DNA of 64,000 nt from Sulfurovum sp. UBA5198 (GTDB taxonomy: Bacteria > Campylobacterota > Campylobacteria > Campylobacterales > Sulfurovaceae): the NCBI GenBank assembly GCA_002412865.1, contig DHVW01000007.1:7806-71805 (forward strand), written 5' to 3'. Position 1 is the stretch's first letter; each line of letters starts with the position of its first letter. Below the pieces are notes generated by a model. It did not search any database. It was not told the origin of the DNA and saw only the letters and a list, made by a program, of their open reading frames with translations. A program made the translations under genes and the position numbers. Below, one piece after another: positions 11,754-22,304 of the stretch.

Positions 11754-13181
11754 TTAGCAAGAGTAAGTGCTTCTCATCTCAAAAGGAGTTGGTCTAGCTT
11801 CATCTGGCCATACTTGTCTCTCGAATTGATAATGTTGATAAACATTGATAAATTCAGGTGTCATTACAGGTAGTAAGAATGCATTATCGGCTATAAGACC
11901 TTCCATTGCTTCTCTTAGCGTATGAGGCATTTGAGGGATTTTTCTCTCTCTAATCTCATCTAGGCTAAGCTCGTAAAGATCCTCATCCATTGGACCAACA
12001 GGAACATATTTATTTTTAATACCATCAAGTCCTGCTAGCATCAATACTGCGAAACAAAGATATGGACATGAGGCAGAGTCAGGGAATCTAGTCTCAATTC
12101 TAACAGCCATTTCGCCTGCACCATATGGGATACGACATGATGCTGAACGGTTTTGACTAGAGTAAGTCAATATGCTTGGAGCTTCAAATCCTGGGATAAG
12201 TCTCTTATATGAATTTGTAACTGGATTTGTAAACGCTGCTACTGCTGCTGAGTGCTTGAATATTCCACCCAAGTAGTGCAATGCCATCTCACTTAGATTA
12301 CCATAAGCACCTTGTGTGTAGAATAAGTTTTTACCATTTTTCCAGATAGATTGGTGTACATGCATACCATTACCATTATCACCATATAGAGGTTTTGGCA
12401 TAAATGTTGCACTTTTACCGTTCATGTGGGCTACCATTTTTATAACATATTTTAGTTTCTGAACATTATCTGCTGCTTCTACAAGAGTACCGAATTTAAC
12501 ACCGATTTCATGTTGTCCTTGTGCTACTTCGTGGTGACCTAGCATTACTTCTAAACCAACATCTTCAAGAACTTGCATCATCTCAGCTCTCAAATCAACA
12601 CCACTATCAATAGGCATTACTGGGAAGTATCCGCCCTTTGTTCTGGCACGGTGACCCATATTTCCAAATTCCATCTCTTTGTCGTCATTCCATTCACCAT
12701 CAACACTATCAACTCTATAGTATGATTCATTTACGCCAAGCTTGATTTTAACATCTTCGAATACGAAAAATTCATTTTCAGGACCAAAGAAAGCTTCATC
12801 GCCAACTCCTGATTCAGCTAGATATTTCAATGTTTTCTTTGCAATACTTCTAGGGCATTTCTCATAAAGGTCATTTTTATATATATCATATACATCACAG
12901 ATTAGGATAACTGTGCTATCAGCCGTAAATGGGTCCAAAAATGCTGTATCAATATCTGGCTTTAGTATCATATCTGATTTATTGATTGGCTGCCATGCTT
13001 CGATTGATGAACCATCAAATGGCAGTCCAGCCTCAAGCATACCTGCATTTACTGCACTCATTCTATAGCTCACATGATGCCACATACCTTTTAAATCTGT
13101 AAATCTAAAATCTACAAATCCTACTTCGTTCTCTTCACAATATGTGAAAAACTCTTCTATACTACTGACAAATTTGCCCAT
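11754..13181 (-). CDS. glnA: glutamine synthetase type I
   Basis: 475 aa. Classic GSI motifs ([32 protein letters not shown]). Confidence 0.95.
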   Translation of the reverse strand: MGKFVSSIEEFFTYCEENEVGFVDFRFTDLKGMWHHVSYRMSAVNAGMLEAGLPFDGSSIEAWQPINKSDMILKPDIDTAFLDPFTADSTVILICDVYDIYKNDLYEKCPRSIAKKTLKYLAESGVGDEAFFGPENEFFVFEDVKIKLGVNESYYRVDSVDGEWNDDKEMEFGNMGHRARTKGGYFPVMPIDSGVDLRAEMMQVLEDVGLEVMLGHHEVAQGQHEIGVKFGTLVEAADNVQKLKYVIKMVAHMNGKSATFMPKPLYGDNGNGMHVHQSIWKNGKNLFYTQGAYGNLSEMALHYLGGIFKHSAAVAAFTNPVTNSYKRLIPGFEAPSILTYSSQNRSASCRIPYGAGEMAVRIETRFPDSASCPYLCFAVLMLAGLDGIKNKYVPVGPMDEDLYELSLDEIRERKIPQMPHTLREAMEGLIADNAFLLPVMTPEFINVYQHYQFERQVWPDEARPTPFEMRSTYSC

Positions 13182-13250
13182 TGATGCTCCTTGATATTTT
13201 AATAGCTATATTATATCCACATATTTACTAAACTATCGTTTAATATCTGT

Positions 13251-14030
13251 CTAAAAATTAATCAATTCACTATCTCTGTTTTTAAATCTCATAACTTTTG
13301 TATAGCCAACTTCTTTTGCCAACGAAACCACCTCATCATAACCATATCCTATATGTTCAACTTCGTGAGCATCAGAACTAAGCGTTATTGGAATATCAAG
13401 CTCATATGCCATCTCTAAAAGTCCTCTTGATGGATATACCTCGCCTATTGGCTTCCTGAGTCCTGAACTATTAAGCTCTATCACCATATTTGATTTTTTG
13501 ATTGCTTTCATGGCATTTTTGCTTAATATTTTAATATCAATATTAGGCAAAAATTTAAAAACTTTAAGTAGATCAAGATGCCCCGCTATATCAAATAGTC
13601 CACTTTTTGCCATATTTTCAATAGCATTAAAATAGCTTTGCCATATCTCATCAATATCTCTATCCTTATATCTACCAATAAACTCTGGGTTATCAAATCC
13701 CCATTCGTCCAAAAAATGCACAGAACCAATGAGATAATCAACTTTAGCCTTTAAGACCCTATCATCATGATATTTTGGTAGCCAATCTACTTCATAGCCA
13801 AGCAGTATCTCTATATTTTCAGCATATCTCTCTTTTGCATTTAGCACATCTTTTTCATAAAGACTCATCTCATCAAATCGAAGCCTATAATTCTCATCAA
13901 ACTCCATAGGAGCATGTTCGCTAAATCCATATATATTGATACCAAGCTCTATTGCTCTAGCTATAAACTCATCAATTGTACCATCAGCATGATTGCATCT
14001 AGTGGTGTGGTTATGTAAATCTATTCTCAT
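13251..14030 (-). CDS. PHP-family histidinol-phosphatase (HisJ/HisK-like)
   Basis: 259 aa. MRIDLHNHT, FSEHAP, GSVHF and SSDAHE metal-binding motifs. Confidence 0.7.
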   Translation of the reverse strand: MRIDLHNHTTRCNHADGTIDEFIARAIELGINIYGFSEHAPMEFDENYRLRFDEMSLYEKDVLNAKERYAENIEILLGYEVDWLPKYHDDRVLKAKVDYLIGSVHFLDEWGFDNPEFIGRYKDRDIDEIWQSYFNAIENMAKSGLFDIAGHLDLLKVFKFLPNIDIKILSKNAMKAIKKSNMVIELNSSGLRKPIGEVYPSRGLLEMAYELDIPITLSSDAHEVEHIGYGYDEVVSLAKEVGYTKVMRFKNRDSELINF

Positions 14031-14078
14031 TATTTTTCCATTATTGTATATTTTGTATTATACATTAAAAAAATGGCT

Positions 14079-14534
14079 TTAGAAATACTCTTTGAGTATT
14101 GAGGTAAAACTAGCTATTGTCTTATTGGCTTTAGATATATACTCATCAAATATATGTTTACTAGCTGGAAATGCTTCACTTAGCTCTTCGTAAATTGCTA
14201 TCTTGCCATCCATGTGTGCCTCTATTGCATCAAGCGTAATTATCATGGTATCTTTAGATACCGCATATTTCATCAACATCTCAAACATTCGTTTTCTAGG
14301 GTGTATTGACATAGACTCCCCAGCCTCTAATGCTATCTCTTTGAGGTCAAGTCTAGATATATAAATACCACTATTAACGGGTGCAATTAGTAGTGCATAA
14401 AGGGCATCTGTGTATGTAGGGTAATCTATTAGATTTACGCTCTCATCACTGTCGCATTCTCCATTTACGCAAAAATCCTCTTTCGTTTTTAGATTATCAA
14501 AAGTGACTTTTAGCGACTCATATGTATTGTTCAT
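14079..14534 (-). CDS. hypothetical cytoplasmic protein, last gene of Mo-operon 1; paralog of ORF 63195-63569
   Basis: 151 aa. Start overlaps the upstream stop by 4 nt. Ungapped by-eye alignment to the 124-aa ORF includes the identical hexapeptide SGIYIS. Confidence 0.5.
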   Translation of the reverse strand: MNNTYESLKVTFDNLKTKEDFCVNGECDSDESVNLIDYPTYTDALYALLIAPVNSGIYISRLDLKEIALEAGESMSIHPRKRMFEMLMKYAVSKDTMIITLDAIEAHMDGKIAIYEELSEAFPASKHIFDEYISKANKTIASFTSILKEYF

Positions 14535-15634
14535 TTGCTCTCCTCTAATTTTCTTGCATTTTGATGAAGCTGCGTGGCCTCATCTTCTTCTGTTTGACAT
14601 CTTTGGCATGTAGTTTCATTATCTTTACAAGTGAATTGATTGCCACACTCCACACATCTTTTGATATCAAACTTAGCTAATAGTCTCTGTGACGGCTCAA
14701 AGAACTCTCTTAATTCAAATGTTGGCTGAATATGAATAGCATCAGGCTCACAAACATCATGACACAAATGACACTTCACACAAAGCATTGAATCAAAATT
14801 AATCTGTGAAAAATTACTAACACTTCCCAGCGCTCCAGTGGGGCATATACGATGACACATTTGGCAATTTGTACACTTCTCATCAATATATTTTTGTGAA
14901 GTAAATGATATATCTACACTCTCTATCGTCTCATAATTCTGTGGCTTTGGTTCTCTTTTTAGAATTGCAAAAAGAAGCTTTCTCTTGTCTGGAATATTTT
15001 TGTTTTTGATTTTAGATATTATATTTGCATCAAACTCAAATATCTTTAAATCATCAGAGGCAACTTGCTCATCAAACATCGCTTTTTGTCTTGCTAGTGA
15101 TTCAGGTTTAAGTAGATTTAGAAAATCTCTTCTAGTACCACCTGCGGACTCTTTATCGCTGGGCTCTATTTGTAGATTTGCTGTATCTATTTTCTTGGTA
15201 GAAAATGTTGATAATATGAAATTTGCCTCTTGTACATTATGCATAATTTGAGGGTACAGAGTAGAAGCAATCTCACAACTACTGCAATGCCCAATGTCAA
15301 GATTGAGCTGTTGTTCGCTCCCTAAAGCTAGAGATACAAGCTCCTCTGCACTAAACAGTGATAAACACGGAATATTTGTTTTGCAAGATAGTACAGTTGG
15401 TGACTCAAAATGAGAAAAAGAAAAATTAATAGTACTAAAATTAGATAACGAAAAAGCACTTGTGGGACAAACTCCTACGCACCCACCACACTCTACGCAC
15501 ATTTCTGGCGTAAAAGCTGGTAAATGTGGAGCAAACTCAATAGCTTTTGTAGGGCAAATATCAATACATTTCGTGCAACCAGAAGCTATCGCACTAGCTC
15601 TAACACATGATGATAATTCTAGATTTAAACTCAT
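14531..15634 (-). CDS. polyferredoxin-like 4Fe-4S protein with C-terminal CxxC...CxxC ribbon (putative Mo-enzyme maturation/electron-transfer factor)
   Basis: 367 aa, no signal peptide. C-x9-CTKCIDICP, CVECGGCVGVCP, LSC-x5-C...HCSSCE, CTNCQMCHRICP, CVKCHLCHDVCEP, CVECG...CQRC. Paralog of 53779-54834. Confidence 0.7.
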   Translation of the reverse strand: MSLNLELSSCVRASAIASGCTKCIDICPTKAIEFAPHLPAFTPEMCVECGGCVGVCPTSAFSLSNFSTINFSFSHFESPTVLSCKTNIPCLSLFSAEELVSLALGSEQQLNLDIGHCSSCEIASTLYPQIMHNVQEANFILSTFSTKKIDTANLQIEPSDKESAGGTRRDFLNLLKPESLARQKAMFDEQVASDDLKIFEFDANIISKIKNKNIPDKRKLLFAILKREPKPQNYETIESVDISFTSQKYIDEKCTNCQMCHRICPTGALGSVSNFSQINFDSMLCVKCHLCHDVCEPDAIHIQPTFELREFFEPSQRLLAKFDIKRCVECGNQFTCKDNETTCQRCQTEEDEATQLHQNARKLEESK

Positions 15635-15643
15635 AACTATCTT

Positions 15644-16267
15644 TTATGCTTTTATTATTGAGCTTAAATACTCATAATCACTAAGTAAGAATTCCAAAGC
15701 TAATTCTGCTCCATCATGATAAAGTGGAGTGGTTGCTTCTTTTTTCATATTCACTAGAAACATTGGAGCCCACTTTAGCAAATGGTCATCAAGAAATCCT
15801 TTTTGAATATATGCAAGCTCATTAATACCATCTGTGTCGTTTGCCTCGAATGCTTTCTTGGTTGCATTACACAAAATATGCATAAATTCTAATTCAACTC
15901 CCAGATGGTCAGCACTAACAACTCTAGCTTTTTCTAATTCAACTTTAAAATCAAGTGCATTATAAAGAGACATAAGTGGACTTACTCCTCCACTTTGTAT
16001 CATCTGGTCTTCTTTTGTGTAAAAACTCTCATATGGCACTAGATGTAGTAAAAATAAATTAGCGTAATCTACATCATAATGCTGAGCTATTAACTCGCCA
16101 CAGCTAAGTTTATCCCTTTTGTCCCATGAGGCATAATGAGGCAATAGTGCTTTTAATGATTCATTCTCTTCGATGATTTTGAGGAACTCACAATCCACCT
16201 CACTAATCATTAGTCTAGATATTAACCCATATAGTGTTATTCTGTTTTCTATTTCTGTGATTGTCAT
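15644..16267 (-). CDS. TorD/DmsD-family redox-enzyme maturation chaperone
   Basis: 207 aa, all-helical. ADHLGVELEFM motif typical of the TorD family. Directly downstream of the catalytic subunit. Confidence 0.7.
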   Translation of the reverse strand: MTITEIENRITLYGLISRLMISEVDCEFLKIIEENESLKALLPHYASWDKRDKLSCGELIAQHYDVDYANLFLLHLVPYESFYTKEDQMIQSGGVSPLMSLYNALDFKVELEKARVVSADHLGVELEFMHILCNATKKAFEANDTDGINELAYIQKGFLDDHLLKWAPMFLVNMKKEATTPLYHDGAELALEFLLSDYEYLSSIIKA

Positions 16268-16342
16268 ATTGCTCTTTTTGTTTATGATTTGTAGTTATTA
16301 TATCAGAAGTTCTATTATGCCGTAGCATAACAGAAGTAGTGC

Positions 16343-19300
16343 TTATGGTGTTACATTAAAGCTATAAGCATTATCAGTTAGTCCCCATGCAGGGCGTTTG
16401 TAGTGCTTTGGTCTTCTGAGTTTATCTTCGCTCGTAAGAGGTCTTGTTAGCTTATCTCTCCATGCTTGATATATTTTCATATTATTTGCATAGTTTACAT
16501 GAATATCACCAATAGTATCCTCTTCTCCAGCTAGCTCAATAGATACTTTTTGATGCCATGCATGATTTCCAGCTATTGGGTCTGGCTGACATGGTGCAAC
16601 AGCATTTTGCCATGCCCCGCTAAGTCCATCCCACCAAATATTGTCAACATCTTTATTGAACTCTTTAAACTGCCAACTATCTTTTCTCTCTAGCATGCCT
16701 TTATCAATTCCTTGTTTCGGCTTTAGTGTACCAGTAGTGCCATCCATGCTCATGTCAAATAGTGGAGCCCCAAGACCCATTACGCCTAGAGGCTGCGAAA
16801 ATCCAGGGATATCTACTGAATTTTTAAGCTTCCATCTGCCTGCATGATGCGAACATGCCAAAGTACCAGGTAAAATTCCCTCAGTAGGAACAGCCATAGC
16901 TATAAAGTATCCACTCACAAGTCCGCTAACTGTATCACTAATAGTAACTTTTATCTTATCTTCTCTTTTTATACCTAGTCTTGTTGCATCTTTTGTTGCA
17001 ATCCATATTGGATTGTGATTTTGAGATATTTCCATAAGATGTTTAGAGTTCACACTTCTAGTATGAATATTATATGGCAATCTATAAATAGTATTTAGTG
17101 CAAAATCGTTATCATTTTTCATATATTGATGGTGGACTTGACTAACTAAATGAATCATCTTGTCTCTTTGACCTTGATTTAGAGGATAGAATGGTACAGC
17201 ATACTCAGCCCATTTCCAATCTTTCATAAACTGAGCAAAAACTTCAAGCTTACGACTAGGTGTTCTAAACCCTTCTATTTTTTTGCCATCCATAACAAGA
17301 CCTATTGATTTCTCATCTTCACTATCATGTATTTTTGCTTTTACAATCGCACCATCAACTCTCATAGTAGAAGCATCAAACTTCATATGTTGAGCATGAA
17401 TGATACCTTCATGAGCCACAAGCTCTTTCTCTTGAGGTCTGTATACATCTTTTTCCTCAAGCCAAGTACCCATATCTCTGAGCATCTCATAGTTTGGATA
17501 TTTACTATTAGCATATTTTGGATTGTGTTTTGCTTCGTGTGCCAAATTATGCAAATTCTCAAATGCTGCATTGTACCATTCTGCAATAGTTACACATCTT
17601 GTTGGATCTTCTTTTGATGCCCAATGGTCTCTAGCCCCAAGACTACCGTCAGGGTCAATATAATGCACCATCATATTTGCCCAAAACTCAACCTCTTCCC
17701 AAATCTCACCAAGACCACTAGCCATGTGTGCTTCTAATGTTCCTCTTGTAGGATCTTTTGGTTTCCAGCCCATTTTTTCCAATGCTACTCTGAGAGCTGG
17801 TTGTCTAAATCCTATGAATACAGCTGGCTTAATAGGCTCACTATGTTGGTCATGTCGCTCACCACTTAGCCCCACAGGCAAGATATAGTCGCAATACCAG
17901 TTAGTCTCAGACCAAGTTGGAGAGAGATTAAATGTAAGCTCCATCTTGTCTTCTCTTTTCATGCACTCTATCCATCTAAAGCCATCTGGATTGATCCAAA
18001 CTGGATTATATTGTCTTGGCATATAAACTGCTAGTTTACTAGGTATTTTAAGCCCCCTTGCGTTCCATTTATCTCTCCACTCGTCATCCATCAGATAATG
18101 AGGAAGTAAGAAGCTAGGGTCATAAGTACATAAAGGCATCTCAGGTGGATACTCTAGCTCGTTCCACACATCCAGCTTGGCTGGTTTTTTCCCTGCAACA
18201 GTAGCGGCGTCTCCCTTGCCGTTAACGGCCACTTCGTGCCAATCTACAAAGCTAATTCCACCCTTGTCTCCAGCCATAGAACCACGCAAAGTAAGCACAA
18301 AGAATCCAGCTTTAGTGTTCATCCAGCCACCACGATGCCCAACTGTTCCAGCTCTCCAAAAGAATGAAGCCACTTTGTCCTCAGCATCAATAAACATCTC
18401 AAAGAGTTTTTCAAGAGTTCGTGCCTCTACTCTACACTCTTTAGCTGTAAACTCAAGCGTAAATGGAGCATACATTTTTTTCATAAGCTCTATAAAATCT
18501 TCATAGCTCTCACCAGTTGGTACTTCACTTATAATGCCTTCACTTTTCATAAATTCAAGATGAGCTTTATCTTTCATAAGAACATCCCAGTTTGTCCATT
18601 TTTTGACAAACTCATGTTTTACAAGGTCGTTTCCATTTTTATCTTTTTCATTAAATATTCTATTGGCAAGGTGCAAGTATAAAGCAGCCTCCGTACCCGG
18701 CCAAATAGGAACCCATAAATCAGCCATACCAGCTGAGTTTGACATTCTAGGGTCCATCACTACTAGCTTAGCACCTTTTCTTCTAGCGTCTGCTATCAGT
18801 CCTGCCGCTGCTTGGAAATAGTGACCAGCATCGGCTGCGTGTGAAGATTGCAAAAATATCAATTTACTATTAGCCCAATCTGTTGAGTTTCTATCAGTAC
18901 CTGCATATTGATGTGTTCCAGCTCTCGCTCCAGCACTACATATATTTGTATGTGAACCATAGCCATCAACCCCAAGCGACGCTGCAATTCTGTACCCAAA
19001 ACCACTCTCATTTGGTCTACCCACATGATACACTATTGATTTTTTAGATATTTCATCGCCTACTTTAAGGGTGTCATGTATTTTTTTACCAATAGCACTC
19101 ATAGCCTGATCCCATGAGGTTCTTACCCATTTGCCCTCACCTCTTTTGCTTCCATCAGCTCTTTTCAAAGGAAAAGGGATTCTATCTGGGTCATACATTT
19201 GAGATAATGTTGCGTATCCTTTAGCACAGTTTCTGCCACGGCTACCGTAGTGCAGAGGATTTCCCATATATTTTCTGACTTTTAAATCTTTTGGGTCTTT

Positions 19301-19693
19301 TGATTTTTTATAATCCCCGATTTCCACCCAAGCTGTTAGTCCACATAGTGCTTCGCAGTTATTACAAATAGTTGGTACAAGCATATACTCGTTCTCTTTG
19401 ATACCATCAGGATTACTTTCGCTTCTCACACCATTTCTCTCTGTACCGCCTCGTTTCCAGTCGTCACCATCTAGCTCTTTATAGCTATCCCAATTTGCAA
19501 AAGGAGGATAAAATGAAAGTTCGCCACCTTTGGTTGCGACATTTGGTTCGGTTGCAAATGCAGGAGTGTCTACAATCGTCTCAAACACACCTTTTACAAG
19601 TACTGCTCCAGCAGCAGTATATGCCGTTCCTTTTAAAAAGCTTCTTCTGCTCTCTAAAAATATCGGTTTTTTTATATCTATTTTCTTTGTCAT
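16343..19693 (-). CDS. Tat-exported molybdopterin (bis-PGD) oxidoreductase catalytic subunit, Ttr/Psr/Phs/Arr-like
   Basis: 1116 aa. Twin-arginine signal SRRSFLKGTAYTAAGAV. FS0 motif CNNCEALCG...NCAKG. Candidate Mo-ligand Cys in GSHTNICSAGAR. Confidence 0.85.
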   Translation of the reverse strand: MTKKIDIKKPIFLESRRSFLKGTAYTAAGAVLVKGVFETIVDTPAFATEPNVATKGGELSFYPPFANWDSYKELDGDDWKRGGTERNGVRSESNPDGIKENEYMLVPTICNNCEALCGLTAWVEIGDYKKSKDPKDLKVRKYMGNPLHYGSRGRNCAKGYATLSQMYDPDRIPFPLKRADGSKRGEGKWVRTSWDQAMSAIGKKIHDTLKVGDEISKKSIVYHVGRPNESGFGYRIAASLGVDGYGSHTNICSAGARAGTHQYAGTDRNSTDWANSKLIFLQSSHAADAGHYFQAAAGLIADARRKGAKLVVMDPRMSNSAGMADLWVPIWPGTEAALYLHLANRIFNEKDKNGNDLVKHEFVKKWTNWDVLMKDKAHLEFMKSEGIISEVPTGESYEDFIELMKKMYAPFTLEFTAKECRVEARTLEKLFEMFIDAEDKVASFFWRAGTVGHRGGWMNTKAGFFVLTLRGSMAGDKGGISFVDWHEVAVNGKGDAATVAGKKPAKLDVWNELEYPPEMPLCTYDPSFLLPHYLMDDEWRDKWNARGLKIPSKLAVYMPRQYNPVWINPDGFRWIECMKREDKMELTFNLSPTWSETNWYCDYILPVGLSGERHDQHSEPIKPAVFIGFRQPALRVALEKMGWKPKDPTRGTLEAHMASGLGEIWEEVEFWANMMVHYIDPDGSLGARDHWASKEDPTRCVTIAEWYNAAFENLHNLAHEAKHNPKYANSKYPNYEMLRDMGTWLEEKDVYRPQEKELVAHEGIIHAQHMKFDASTMRVDGAIVKAKIHDSEDEKSIGLVMDGKKIEGFRTPSRKLEVFAQFMKDWKWAEYAVPFYPLNQGQRDKMIHLVSQVHHQYMKNDNDFALNTIYRLPYNIHTRSVNSKHLMEISQNHNPIWIATKDATRLGIKREDKIKVTISDTVSGLVSGYFIAMAVPTEGILPGTLACSHHAGRWKLKNSVDIPGFSQPLGVMGLGAPLFDMSMDGTTGTLKPKQGIDKGMLERKDSWQFKEFNKDVDNIWWDGLSGAWQNAVAPCQPDPIAGNHAWHQKVSIELAGEEDTIGDIHVNYANNMKIYQAWRDKLTRPLTSEDKLRRPKHYKRPAWGLTDNAYSFNVTP

Positions 19694-19703
19694 TCTGTTC
19701 TCC

Positions 19704-20651
19704 TTAGCTTAACGGTAGTAGTTGTGGGATTTTTAGCCATACATCTTTTGCAAAATACAAGCCAATTAATGCTAGTATCCCCGCAAATCTTAGAAGTGTG
19801 TAATTATCCTCTTTTACGGAAGTAGTTACTAGTGCGAATGGAATAATATATCCCACTATCATGGCAAACCAAAATTCAAAACTATACGAGCCTCCAAGAT
19901 GGATAAATGCTAGTGTAGCCTCTACTTCGCTATTTTTGAATGAAAAGAAATATTCACCCATATATAAAGTGAAGCTAATAGCAACTGTAACAGCTAGTAT
20001 CATTGCTATTCTGGCTCTAGGTTCTTTGCCCCATGACTCAGCCACAATAAGTAGCGTTGCACTTCCAGCCATAATAGCTGCAAGCATCATTTGTGCCATC
20101 TCAATAGGTGCTTCCCATAGGCCTCTTGCACTTGATTGTGCCATAATTATAGCTGTATACATAGTAACAGGTAGAGCTAGAAATACAATATATGGTAATA
20201 GTTTTTCATATAATCCACTGTTTGCTCTTACTTTTTTAGCCGTCTTGTTGCTCCTAAGTAGATTAGGCATATAATCAAGCAACCCAATAGCTGCCAATAG
20301 TGTAACAAGCCCCGTAAATAGACTAGCCATCCATGCTCCTACTGTAATTGCACTTGTAAAGTGTGGATGAAAAAATATATTTACCATTCTAAGCGGTTGA
20401 TGTAAATCTAAAAGAGTAAATAATAAAAATACATTTAACGCAACAAAAGATATAATAGGCATTAGCCATCTAACATTTGGTATTTTATCCTTGCTATATT
20501 TATAAAGCATATATGCACCAACCATAATTACACCAGTACCGATACTCTTCGCCCACATATTTAGAGTAATCATCCAACCCCAAACAATACCATTTAAAGC
20601 CACATCAAATGAGACAACGGCGTGCGTTGCTGCTACTGTACTCTCTACCAT
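19704..20651 (-). CDS. NrfD/PsrC/TtrC-type integral membrane quinol-interacting subunit
   Basis: 315 aa, about 8-9 TM helices. Lies between the FeS and catalytic genes. Shares 1 nt with the upstream stop. Confidence 0.8.
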   Translation of the reverse strand: MVESTVAATHAVVSFDVALNGIVWGWMITLNMWAKSIGTGVIMVGAYMLYKYSKDKIPNVRWLMPIISFVALNVFLLFTLLDLHQPLRMVNIFFHPHFTSAITVGAWMASLFTGLVTLLAAIGLLDYMPNLLRSNKTAKKVRANSGLYEKLLPYIVFLALPVTMYTAIIMAQSSARGLWEAPIEMAQMMLAAIMAGSATLLIVAESWGKEPRARIAMILAVTVAISFTLYMGEYFFSFKNSEVEATLAFIHLGGSYSFEFWFAMIVGYIIPFALVTTSVKEDNYTLLRFAGILALIGLYFAKDVWLKIPQLLPLS

Positions 20652-21403
20652 TAGTGTTCCCCTTTGTTGCTATCTTTTTTATTGCTTTCCATTCCAGCAA
20701 AACCAGTATTATCCAAATGATCATGTCCAAAGATTGGAGTCAAGAATCTATCTAGCATTGAGTGATTCGGGTCACCAACTGTATCAAGATGAGTGATATT
20801 TGTAAATAAGCTATAACCCTCGATTCGCTGGTGTGCTAAAGGATTTAAAGTTTGATTTCCACCACCTACATAATAGTGTTTAGGATTTGTATGTTTTTCA
20901 GGTTTTCTAACCTGAACTCCACCTTGGTGTTCCATTATGTATCTTGAAATGTGGCTATCTTTGTTATCAATATCTCCGAATATATTAGCCTCAACAGGAC
21001 AAGCTACCACGCATGCTGGCATCATTCCGCCCTCAACCCTATGAGCACAATATGTACATTTATCAGCCGTATTTGTCTCAGGGTTCATATATATAGCATC
21101 ATAAGGACACGCCATAATACAGCCAGCACAACCTATACATCTACTACTATCTATATTTACTATTCCGTTTGGTAAATAGTGAAGAGCTGAAACTGGACAT
21201 ATTTTTTCACATGGTGCATCTTCGCAATGGTTACAACGCATAGGCGTAAAACTTCGTGATGTATCAGGGAAAACACCTATATCTACATATTTTACCTTTA
21301 GTCTCCATGATGCTAGAGGCACTTCATTTTCTACCTTACAGGCTATTTCACAACCCTTGCACCCCATACATAGGTTTAGATCAACCAAAAATCCTAATTT
21401 CAT
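20651..21403 (-). CDS. four-cluster 4Fe-4S subunit (PsrB/TtrB/NrfC-like)
   Basis: CMGCKGCEIAC, CNHCEDAPCEKICP, CIGCAGCIMACP, CTYCAHR...PACVVACP. I prefer the ATG at 21403 (MKLGFLVDL..., RBS GAGGAG) over the ORF-track start at 21442. Confidence 0.85.
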   Translation of the reverse strand: MKLGFLVDLNLCMGCKGCEIACKVENEVPLASWRLKVKYVDIGVFPDTSRSFTPMRCNHCEDAPCEKICPVSALHYLPNGIVNIDSSRCIGCAGCIMACPYDAIYMNPETNTADKCTYCAHRVEGGMMPACVVACPVEANIFGDIDNKDSHISRYIMEHQGGVQVRKPEKHTNPKHYYVGGGNQTLNPLAHQRIEGYSLFTNITHLDTVGDPNHSMLDRFLTPIFGHDHLDNTGFAGMESNKKDSNKGEH

Positions 21404-21664
21404 AGACTCTCCTCGTTTAGCTTTAGTTATTGATATATGCAATTACAATATCTTACCTGCATAGTATAGTTGAAATCTTATTAAAAAAGATATAGTTTTA
21501 GTATAAAATAAGAAAATATTATCTATCTTGAGTAAAAAAGAATATATTGCATTAATAATGATGAACGAATCATGCAGTTATTTTGCTAATTATCACTATA
21601 CATCTTGCTATTAACTTCATATTGTTATAATTGCAACAATATTAAACAATAAAAAGGTTACAAA

Positions 21665-22228
21665 ATGGGATTAAAATCAGATAAATGGATACGAGAAAAA
21701 TCTCTAAAAGAGGAGATGATAGCTCCATTTTGTGAAGCACTCGTAGGCGAGGGTGTAGTTAGTTATGGACTTAGTAGCTATGGATATGACATACGAGTGA
21801 GCAATGAGTTTAAAATATTTACAAACATAAATGCTCAAGTAGTTGACCCAAAAGATTTTGACGATGCCAATGTAGTGGATTTCGTAGGTGATGTATGCAT
21901 CGTCCCACCGAACTCATTTGCACTTGCTAGAACCATAGAGTATTTCAAAATGCCAAGCGATACTCTAGCAATATGCTTAGGCAAAAGTACATACGCAAGG
22001 TGTGGTATTATTGTCAATGTCACACCATTTGAGCCTGGGTTTGAGGGACATATTACCATTGAAATATCAAATACAACTCCGCTTCCTGCTAAAATTTATG
22101 CCAACGAAGGCATCGCTCAAGTGTTATTTTTACAAGGCGACGAACAGTGCGAAACCACATACAGCGACCGCAAAGGCAAATATCAAAAACAAGAGGGAAT
22201 AACTCTGCCAAGGATTTTGAAAAAATAA
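21665..22228 (+). CDS. dcd: dCTP deaminase
   Basis: 187 aa. MGLKSDKWI..., GYDIRV and [12 protein letters not shown] are typical Dcd motifs. Confidence 0.9.
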   Translation: MGLKSDKWIREKSLKEEMIAPFCEALVGEGVVSYGLSSYGYDIRVSNEFKIFTNINAQVVDPKDFDDANVVDFVGDVCIVPPNSFALARTIEYFKMPSDTLAICLGKSTYARCGIIVNVTPFEPGFEGHITIEISNTTPLPAKIYANEGIAQVLFLQGDEQCETTYSDRKGKYQKQEGITLPRILKK

Positions 22229-22285
22229 TTGAATTAAATAGCTTTGCCCCATAACCAACAGGGAGTCTACTGAATTCACAAGTTA

Positions 22286-22304
22286 TCACACTTTATCAAT
22301 CCAC
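22286..22304. repeat. left 19-bp direct repeat of the island
   Basis: Exact match to 24089-24107. Flanking bases differ on both sides. Confidence 0.9.

Noticed and set aside
21404-21442. Longer start (MHISITKAKRGES...) for the FeS subunit of Mo-operon 1
   Set aside because: The internal ATG at 21403 has a GAGGAG RBS and gives the usual N-terminus directly preceding the first Cys cluster. The longer form cannot be excluded.
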